From Lama guanicoe (taxonomy: Eukaryota), in contig MU053472.1 of assembly GCA_013239625.1 (NCBI GenBank), positions 1,443,236 to 1,507,235 on the forward strand: a stretch of DNA of 64,000 nt, given 5' to 3'. The notes under the pieces are model-generated. The model worked only from the letters and a program-made list of their open reading frames with translations. It was not told where the DNA came from and made no database searches. The position numbers and the translations under genes are program-made. Positions 53,326 to 64,000 of the stretch are shown here, one piece after another; the first letter of the stretch is position 1, and each line of letters opens with the position of its first letter.

Positions 53326-53456
53326 GGGGGAAGGTGTAGCTCAGTGGTAGAGTTCATGGTTAGCATGCAGGAGGTCCTGGGTTCAGTCCCCACTACCTCT
53401 ATTAAAAATAAATAAACAAATAAACCTAATTACCTCCATCCACCAAAAAACAACAA
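53326..53456 (+). mobile_element. tRNA-derived SINE (Vic-1-like)
   Basis: A/B boxes; perfect TSD AAAAAGGAACACAAA at 53311-53325 and 53457-53471. Confidence 0.9.
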
Positions 53457-54589
53457 AAAAAGGAACACAAAGAAGCAGAATCTCAAAACAAACCACATGG
53501 GATGAGAGAAACCCTGCAACACAGAAGAATGCAGGAGGGTTCAGAGCCCAGACAAACAAGACCAACCGTGCTAGTTACAGGCCATCCTAAGTTCCCTACT
53601 GGGGAGGAACAAGAGCTTTCTACTTTTGTCAGTGAAGATTCTTTACGCTGCAAGTGAAGAAAAATTCAAGGCAAACTGGTTTCATTTAAAAGGGAAACTG
53701 AAAAGACCAGTGGTGAGTCCAGGGATAGTCATGACATTATTCAAAGTTCAAATAATGTCACCAGGACCTAGTTCCCAGATCTTCTTCCTCAGATGTTAAG
53801 CTACTTCTTCAGACTGATTCCCAACCAGGTAGCAGAATGGCCGTAGCAGTCCCAACTTCACATTTGTAGACACCAGATCCTGAGGTGAGAGTCTCTTCTA
53901 GTAGCTCCATTATTAGGGAGAAGCTTTTCTCTCCCAGAAGTCCAGCAAACATCTCCTCATACCTCCCTGGCTTCTGATGAGGAGTCCATTAATGAACCCA
54001 TCGCTAAGACCATAGAGATGGAATATGTTGACCGGCTTAACCCAATCTGGGTCCTCTCCTAGAGCTGGGGGACCAGTGCTACCCAGTGACTGCTTGGGAC
54101 TAGGGGAGGGAGTAACTTCCCAGAAGAAAATTACTGCATCATTTTACCGAAAGAAGGGGTAATGAATGCTGAAAAGGAAAACACAAAATGTCTACTATGA
54201 GAGTATTAAAACATTTTATTTAATTTTTAGTTTATTGCATGTAAGTAAGCAGAGTAAGCTGTATTATTCTCATTACAAAGATAGTCTCAGTTATTGTCTA
54301 TGAATTCTTTGACTTCTTCACCTCATTTTTCATGAAAGTCCTCCCAAGTATAATTACACAGTAGAAACTCTTTCCACCAAACACCACTGAAATGATTTAC
54401 CTGATTAATCAGTGCTCTCTTTTGCTTCTGAAAAAGATACTGATGCCCGATGCCATGCTAAAACTTCAGGGCTAGACTTTGATTTTCTGATACATCCAGA
54501 CACGCCTGCTTCTACATGTTGAGTCAATGTTGGTCCACAAACCTGTTTGTTCCAGTTGTTCTTGTTTAATTACAAATTTAATTAAATGT

Positions 54590-54990
54590 TGTAGGGTATG
54601 ATAAACTATGAGCAAAAGAAAAAGAAGATCTCTTTAAGAAAATTAAATTGAACCCTATAGAAAGATTTAATAAAGGCAAGTCAATTTAAAAAACTGTGGT
54701 GAATTAGGTTTGGGTAAGACACACTACTGTAAAAGGTGGATGGTGGGGTGGGTAAGTCATAAAACTCAGAAGAATTCTGCATTGAGAGCACTGTGCATCA
54801 GTTTTTAAATTCTGGTTCCTTTTTAAAGAAGTCAAAACTGAAAGTCCTAGGTGATACACTATTGATGTGGTTTATGGAAGGAGGAGGGATGCTAAACTCC
54901 AAACAATGGACTCAACTTTCAAAGTAAAGGTCTTGGCCCTACATCAAAAGATTGGCAAATGAATATATGCGACTGTAAGTTAAAACATTT
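54590..54990 (+). mobile_element. Tigger (TcMar) relic
   Basis: Degenerate transposase N-terminus (ATGAGCAAAAGAAAAAGA...GAATTAGGTTTGGGTAAGAC...ACTGTAAAAGGTGG). Confidence 0.6.
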
Positions 54991-55545
54991 TATTTTAATA
55001 TTTACCTTTAAAGTACATATGTATATGCGTGGTGAAAGCTATAAATTAAGCTGAGAGGTCAGTGAGCAAGAGAATTGGAACTAAATTTGGTAATTAGAAG
55101 GTAAGAAGTAGTTGGTTTGGGAAGGTAAAGGGGATAGAGGGCAGATTACAGGAGAGTAGGGTGAAAAATAAAACTACTGAGAAAATTTAATTAAGAAGTT
55201 TACTACAAATCAATCATTAATAAGACTAAGAGGCAAAGTTATTGAGTGCTTACTGTATGCAGATACTATACTAGACATTTTTCATGCACTGTCTCTTTTT
55301 TCTTTACAACTTAGGAGGTAGTACTAAATAACTTGCACTAAGTTAAACAGCTAGAAAGTGAAATAGGTTTTTCTGTGAAAGCACATGCTGGAGGGAAAAA
55401 ACCCATGATTTTTTGATAAGACAATATCCCAGGAAAAAAGTAAAAGGATTCAATCAAAAGCAAACTGTAAGTATTAACTGTTCTTGCTATGTGTTCAATA
55501 TTCATTTAAAAATACAAGCTTCTCTTTAAAATAGGTGATTTAAGC

Positions 55546-55670
55546 AGGGAGGGTATAACTCAAGTGGTAGAGCACTTGTTTAGCATGCAGGAGGTCCCGG
55601 GTTCAATCCAGAGTACCTCCTCTAAAAATGAACAAATAAATCTAATTACCACCCAGCCCCAAAATAAAAT
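55546..55670 (+). mobile_element. tRNA-derived SINE (Vic-1-like)
   Basis: A/B boxes; imperfect TSD AAATAGGTGATTTA / AAAGAGGTGACTTA. Confidence 0.85.
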
Positions 55671-56745
55671 AAAAGAGGTGACTTAATAGTTTACCATTAA
55701 AAGTCAGTTCTGAAGTCCCTTCTAAGTTCACCCACAGACTGGATGGAAGAAAATGTAAGGAAAAAAAAAAACAAAAAAAAACCCTATGCCTTCCAGTTCA
55801 GCACAGAGGAGACAGTGAATATTCTAAAATAATCTGCTCCTACCCTAGCTCAGAAACAAGAATGAATACGTTAGCACCTGAAAACAAATGCAATGTTTAA
55901 ACTTTATTAGTTTCATCTTAAAGATGGTCTCTGCTTTCGTCTCTAATTCTGAAGGGCACACTATTTGGAGCTTAAAACCTCCAACTGAAGTATATAGTAA
56001 GCAGTACTGCTGAGTAAAAGTAAATACACAGTACCTCAAGGAAAAAAATTGCTTTTCCCAAATTATTTAAACAAGTAACTTTTGTTTAACTTTTCAGAAA
56101 ATGAGAAAAAAAAAAAAACCCAGAATCTTTCATCAAGGAAAAGCAATAAATCCAAGAGTAGCCCAGATATCTTTCGGAAAAAAAGGCTGAGTGTGGAAGT
56201 AGAGCTATCTGAAGAGAGAAGGTATGAATATTCTTTCCACTCTAATGACTCCAAAACCAGTTATCTGCAGAAAACATGACAGATTGAATTTCCATGGCTA
56301 ATTAAGAACACATACAGGTTTGACACCTTTGGGACTCCGGCAGCAGTGATTCTAATTTTGTGTCTCATACCAATTTACGTTTGCACACAATGAATGTGAC
56401 AGTGGTAGCCAGATTAGACTGATTATTTTGTTAAGTATTGAGTTGCAAAAACAACAGGGTCAGAGTAAAGGCAGGGTTATAGAATTTAGCCTCTTGAGAA
56501 ACAGTAATCTCACAAGTTCTGAATACACAGAGTGGCTGTAACAGATGAGCAATGGACTACTGCTCAGTAGATGTTATGGATATTTATAGCTATCAGAAGA
56601 AACAATAGCAAATAAATTAGAGTTTTATTTTTCTTCTAAGATTAATTCTCACAGTACATGTTTGAAGATTTTGAACTCAATAATTATAAAAAGCAAGATA
56701 TGACTTCCACATTAACAAATTAGTGAATAAGAATAGTTTACACAA

Positions 56746-56888
56746 GGGGAGAGTATAGCCCAAGTGGTAGAGTGCATGCTCAGTATACACAATGTCCTGG
56801 GTTCAATCCCCAGTACCCCCTCTAAAAATAAATAAGTAAATCTATTACCATCCCCACCAAAACAACAACAACAAAAAAACCAGAAAAA
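56746..56888 (+). mobile_element. tRNA-derived SINE (Vic-1-like)
   Basis: A/B boxes, (AAC)n tail, imperfect TSD AATAGTTWACACA. Confidence 0.85.
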
Positions 56889-56989
56889 ACAAGAAATAGT
56901 TAACACAGAAATAGATCCAAGGGTATACAACAACTTAGATATAAAGAAGAAATCAAGAGTTTGTTATGACCATGTTAAGAAGAAATGAC

Positions 56990-57800
56990 CGTTAGATATC
57001 TGTGTGGAACTGTCAAGTGTGTAGTTGCACATAGAGTCTGGGATTCAAGGTGAAGTTCAGACTGGAGATAGGAATTTGGGAGTCATCAGTGGGTTGTTTT
57101 TAGAGCTATGGGCTGGGGAGAGGGGATAGGAAAAGAAAGGAGCCCATGACAAAGCCCTGGGCACTCCCAACAACCTGGGGTCTAGCTGGGGAAGAATATG
57201 CAAAGGAGGATGAGAAGGCGTGGTCCGTCAATGAGATAGGAAGAAACCCAGAATAGTGTGGTCTCTTATAAGCCAAGAGAACAGTTTCAAGAAGGAAGCA
57301 ATGGTTTGACTTGCTAGGTTTCAAGAAGGAAATAGTGGTTCCACTCTTAGCTTCAGCTGAAACAAGTCAGTGAGAAGAGAAAAGTCATCACTAGCTTTGG
57401 AAACAGAGCAGTCTGGTTATGTCACAAAAACAGTCTTAGTAGCAATACAGGGATGGTTGCTTGATTGGAATGAGTTATTAAGTAGGAATTGGAAGAAGAA
57501 TCTAGATAGAGACAACTCTTTCAAAAAAAACTTTTTTGGAAGGGAGATCAGAGAAATGGGGTAGAATAAGGGAACAGGTAATTTTGTTTGTTAAAATAGA
57601 AACCAGAACATGTTTGTACAAAGATGGAAATAACCCCACAGAGAAAGAGACATTGATGAGGTAGGAGCAAGAAAGGATAATTGGTGGAGCAAAGATCTCC
57701 AGGAGTGAGGTGTGTAGAACACCAACAGAGGGACTGGCTTTAATGGTAGCAAGGCACATCACCATGAAGAGGAGGATGAGGAACTGAGAAACCGGAGTGT
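56990..57800 (-). mobile_element. L2 fragment
   Basis: GGAGATAGGAATTTGGGAGTCATCAG and purine-rich antisense L2 sequence. Confidence 0.65.
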
Positions 57801-57863
57801 GGATGGCAAATGTGGACAACATTTTGAAAAATAAAGTGGCTGAGGCGAGAAGAATAGCGGAAG

Positions 57864-58345
57864 AAATTAGGAGTTTGGGATTAACATACACACACTACTA
57901 GGTATAAAACAAATAAACAGCAAGGACCTACTGTATAGTAAGGGAACTATATTCAATATCTTGTAATAATCTATAATGGAAAAGAATTTGAAAAAGAATA
58001 TATTCATATGTATAATGGAATCACTTTGCTGTACACCTGAAATTAACACAACATTGTAAACCAACTATATTTCAATTTAAAAAAAGTAGTGGCATGGGGG
58101 TGGGAAGGGACAGACTGGGATTTCAAAATGTAGAATAGATAAACAAGATTATATTGTATAGCACAGGGAAATATTTACAAGATCTTATGGTAGCTCACAG
58201 TGAAAAAAAATGTGACAATGAATATATGTATGTTCATGTATAACTGAAAAATTGTGCTCTACAGTGGAATTTGACCCAACATTGTAAAATGACTGTAACT
58301 CAATAAAAAATGTTAAAAACAAACAAACAAAAAAGAAATAAAATT
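57864..58345 (+). mobile_element. Older L1 3' end (57864-58085) with a young L1 3' end (58096-58340) inserted at its tail
   Basis: Two consecutive L1 3' UTRs; TTTAAAAA(A)GTAGTGG is duplicated around the second. Confidence 0.85.
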
Positions 58346-60095
58346 TAAAAAGTAGTGGGAGAAAGGAGGACACAGCCATGAACAAAGGGGGAGTTACCAG
58401 GGATCATAGGCGAGAGCATCTTGGTGTGGTGGCAGTTGGCATTAACTTTAAGAAAGTTTGGACTTTGGAAGGACGAAGAGAAATGGAGGCAAGATGAGGA
58501 GCAGGTTTGAAGATAAGAATATCTTTGAGAGGAAAAATAATCTCTAGTACTTGAAAAGTTTCTAAGGGAGGTAGTTTTGTTCTGCAGTAAACCAGTTTTC
58601 AGTTGGAACAGGAAGTCAACAGGAACCTTTAGAGAAGAAGTGATGAATAAAGAGGAAATAGCTGATAACAGATGTTGAAATCTAAAGGGTGGAGTGAAAT
58701 GGTTAGGATGGATGGTGATGAGCAGGGTAGTGAATCAGTTTAATAGAAGTAGAGGGTAGCATAGAGATGTTAATCAGGGTAATGACGAATGACCTGGAGG
58801 CTACCGGTTGTGACTGAGTGAAAAGGATTATAGAGTGTGGTGGAATTATCTTTTTGTAATCTCTAGGAGGGGAAGGGCAGGTGGGTAAGCTGTTTAAGAT
58901 CAGTAACAGAGCTACACAACCTGTTCTCTCCTGCAGGTCTTGTGGTAAGGAGACTACTGGATTAGAATTGCTAATAGTTCATTTAGGTGTTTCGCATTTA
59001 CAGTTATAAAATATGGTCTATAGATTTCCTTCTAGTGTTACAATTGTTAGGTTTTAATAACAGGATTATGATAATCTTTCAAAACAAGTTGGGATTTTTT
59101 ATTCCCAAGTATTTTTACCCTCTGGAACCGCCTGATCTAGTGCATTTTAGTGTGGGGAAGTATCTTTATTGCATTTTTAGTTTAATTGATCTATTTAGAT
59201 TTTCTACATTTTGAGCTGATTTTGCTTATTTATGTTCCTATTGGTATAAGGATTTTTTTCTGTTTCTATTTCTTGTGTCAATTGTATGAACATTTTTCCC
59301 ATTCCCATTTTAGTACTAGTATGATTCCATTTGACCATCTCTAAGTTTGTACAGAAAAGAGAACATAGGAGAGTGGGTGGTGAAGTGACCAAAAACTGAA
59401 AAAGTAAACTTTAAGTTGATTCACTACAAGTACATTTGCTGCTGAGAACATACTAACCTGCCCACTCTGAGACTTAATTTTAATGTCGTGGAAATTCGTG
59501 CAAAGCTTTTAGAGCTTAAGATTGTAACCTACTGGGCGAAGATAACCAAACTGTTGGATCAGTGGAGCGCTGGGCAGTTTTTGCATGCTATTTTCAAGTG
59601 GTAAATTCAAGTGATGTCGCCGAAGGAGTAAAATGCTGCACCCAGGGCTCGTCGGAGATAGTACTACTTTTAACGAAAGCTGAAAATAACTGTCAAAAGT
59701 TAGTTTAGAAAATAACCCTTTAAAGTCTCTGACATACCTAGTTATGTGAATCGAGACTGTGCAGCCGAAGCTAGAAATTTCCCAAGTTTTCTTAACACAA
59801 GCTGGATTGCCTTTCTCAAGTCCCAGCCGGATCCATGCCCCCCAAATCTAGTTCAAGAGTGACACGCTTTTCCCAGCCTGCTCACAAACGACCTTCCAAA
59901 GTGAGGTTTCCCGCCATTTCACTTCAAGGAATGCAAAGTCTTTCCCCCTCCAGATTCTCCACGCTCGTGGGAGGCCCGAGCCTACACGGCTTTCCCTGCA
60001 AGGAGAGCAGCGGAACGCCCTGGGCAGCAGGCTGCAATACGCTCCCCGGGACTGAGCAAACAGGTGACAGATCAAGTTGTCTGATGAACGTTTAG

Positions 60096-61361
<1,266 letters not shown>

Positions 61362-62801
61362 TGAATTGAAGACATGTTGCTGCTACCTGGGACGCACGAG
61401 GGAAGCGGGAGATGGCAAGAATTAGTATTTCCTTCTAATCTGTCATAATTTTGCTCTTAAAGGACTTGTCCCAATCGGTTGCCTCCTATCGGTGGTGTCA
61501 GTCCTCCAAATTAACCCCAGGTGGCTGGTAGTCGGCTAATTTAGAAAGGCCAAAAAGTGATCATCCAGCGACTTAAAGCCTTGGAAGAAATTTGGTGTGC
61601 TGATCTTTGGTGTCTAGGATCTTAATGTTTGTACTGCTTCTGAAAAACAAAAGCGCGGGACGCGTTCTTAACTCAGACTGGCCCCACGTTATGGCTGTGT
61701 GTTAAATTCAGCTCGGGCTTTTTGAAAGTGCACTTTTTCCCCCTTTGGTAGTTGCCTTAGGTAATTGCTGTCAGATAGTTCCCAACAGTTCCTAGTTGAA
61801 AGTACTTGTAAATTGTAGCTGCCTGTCAGAGTAGCAAGAGATAAGGAATCACTGATATGCTAAAAGGAATTAGAGACCTTAATTTCTAAAAAATTGGTGT
61901 AGTTGTAGTTTCATCTAAGTTTTAAATGTTTTCTAAAGCAGCCAGTTTTTCTGTACCCAGCATATAGTATCATACAGAGTTATAGTTGCTTATACATTGC
62001 TGTGAATGAATGGCATGGATCTTTTTTTTTTTTAAGAGAAATGATAATGCTACTTCTGTCATTTAAAAAAATCCTCTTATTTATGGTAGCATACTGGTAG
62101 CTTTATTTTCAGCAGTGGGACAGACATAGAGAAGAGTGTAAAGGTTGGTCAAATACAGAACATTTTTAAAAAGGTCTCACAGAGTTGTATACCAGCTTCT
62201 TTCAAAGTGTGTTTTCTGTTTGCCTGGCTTTCTGCCAAGAATTATTTGATTGACTCATAGAACAACCAGTGCGCCTGTGGGAGGCGTTTTCTATCCAATC
62301 TCAGAGGTCCCTATTATGGATTTGTTTTGTTTTTGTGTAGGCAGAGCTGAGAGCACTGCAGTATATTCCAGAAATATGTCATTTCATTGCCTGCAGGGCA
62401 AGTGGGAGTGGACAGCAAGACCAGATAGAGGAAGATTAGACACAAAGAACTATTTAGAGTCCAGTTTATTTTGCAGTATACTTAAAGCGACATGAAATTT
62501 GCCATATGTTTTCACCAAAAGGATAAAGTATGAGCACTGTTACTTGAGCATTTTAAAAAATAAAGCAGAAACCATGCTGTTAAATGTGAGTGTGTATGTT
62601 TTTTTGATATACTTGTACTGTATGAACCAAGATTTCACTCCCGTGCATGGCTCAGAGCCAAATACACCAAATGTTAAAGTTTGCTTTGTTCTGCAGATAA
62701 CCTCGTACTCCATTCTCAAAACTTGAATTTAAAACAGAGTATGCTGAGTATATGGAAGTCTTGACACAAATTTCCACTTTTGTAATTTTCATTGGGTTGT
62801 A

Positions 62802-64000
62802 GTAGTGGCTCTCAAACTTTTTGCTCTCAGAACCCTTTGAACTCAAATGATTTAGGACCCCAGAGAGTTTTTATGTGGCTTATAGCTACTATATTCACTG
62901 TATGAGAAGTCAAAATTGAGAAATTTAAAAAAGATTTATTAATCTATAAAAAATAAACTTATTGTATGTTGACATTTTTAATGAAAGATCACTTTTTTTC
63001 TGAAATAAGAAATATTGAATTAAGAAATATTCTCATATTTGCTTCTGCATTCAGTATGTTCTGTGTTGTCTGATGGACTATTTAAAGAAAAGACAGTCTC
63101 ACACACAGATGTAGTAGGAAAAGGGAGAAATGGTTTGTCTTTTCAGATAATTGTGGATATTCTACGTCAAAGTGGTAGTTTCTTAAAATGGAATCTGAAA
63201 ACTTATCAATGAACTTTTGTATTTTTACATTAAAAGCCATTGGTCTCTTGCTTTTTGAATCAGTCTTTTACCCACATGTGATTTTGTGACATGGTGTATT
63301 ATTCATTTGGAAAATAATGGTTCACTGAGTATGCAGACCGTCCAAGAACTGATGCATTTTATGACACAGTATTAAAAACATCACTGATCTCATCAGTTAA
63401 CATCACTCATCTCATCAGAAAAGTCTTAAGATTGGGAAGCTAGCAAGTGCATCATAGTGAATACACATATTCTAAAATAAGAGATTTTTTAAGCTGCGGT
63501 TAAAAATTTATCACTGGCAACAAATACTGTCAGTTGTTTTACTTGAAGTGAAAAACTCACTTTGGTCACTTTGAAGAAAGTGTATGCCAAGTGCCCAAGT
63601 CTTATTAACACATTTTATCAGTCTTTCAAGTAAAAATGTTGGTCCATGAAAAATGTGACTTCTTCCTTTCATAATTTGCACAATCACAGGTACTTTTCCT
63701 CTAAACAGCACAGTATGCAGCAGAAGCCTTACCCATGCTTCCCTTTTTGTCATATAGAGTGTTAAAAAGACACATATTCATGGGTGGAGATTTAATAAAA
63801 TGAATTTTTATTGCATCATCAAGGACACCTTGATTTGCTTTTTTTTTTCTTTTCTTTTTTAAAACTAAGTGGGCAGCTATGATGAATACAATGACTGCTA
63901 GTTCACTTTGGTGCCACTGCCTTGTCTCCTGCTAAGGCACCGGCAGTTTTACGAACTACTGCTTTTGAACCATCAGTGCAGATATCAACACAGTGTAAAG
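62802..64000. mobile_element. Charlie1-like hAT transposon in PPM1D intron 1
   Basis: Terminus TAGTGGCTCTCAAACTTTTTGCTCTCAGAACCCTTT...GGACCCCAGAGAG. Confidence 0.75.

Larger units (their letters stand above)
31697..56221 (+). pseudogene. Candidate decayed multi-exon type I membrane protein gene (hypothesis; see findings)
   Basis: AG/GT-bounded, mostly phase-1 segments at ~31697-31802, 38761-39235, 41957-42058, 42807-43226, 46681-46752, 49851-49937, 50682-50736, 51033-51244 (TM-like) and 56098-56221, with stops and frameshifts. No homology recognised. Confidence 0.35.

Noticed and set aside
2252..56888. tRNA-Ala-like sequences as genuine tRNA genes
   Set aside because: About 15 divergent copies with A-rich tails, TSDs and broken stems; they are SINEs.

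Overview
Mammalian genomic DNA, most likely from a camelid: about 15 copies of a tRNA-Ala-derived Vic-1-type SINE and camelid-like L1 3' ends are present. The window spans the head-to-head APPBP2-PPM1D interval. APPBP2 exon 1 (minus strand, CDS 14836-14973) lies in a CpG island, with intron 1 filling 1-14835. PPM1D/WIP1 exon 1 (plus strand, CDS 60561-61032) lies in a second CpG island carrying CCAAT, CRE, NRF1 and p53 motifs. The ~45 kb between them is mostly SINE/LINE/LTR/DNA-transposon debris, including two young ERV1-type solo LTRs with intact 4-bp TSDs. The most interesting unexplained signal is a chain of AG/GT-bounded, mostly phase-1 exon-like segments on the plus strand, found in the non-repetitive gaps (31.7-56.2 kb). 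Read in order they give a signal-peptide-like exon, extracellular exons, short stalk exons, a hydrophobic TM exon and a basic tail, disrupted by stops and frameshifts. This is a candidate decayed (unitary pseudogene) type I membrane protein gene; it is an inference by eye and needs cross-species alignment. A near-consensus CTCF site sits about midway between the two promoters. Repeat subfamily names are from recall and were not checked with RepeatMasker.
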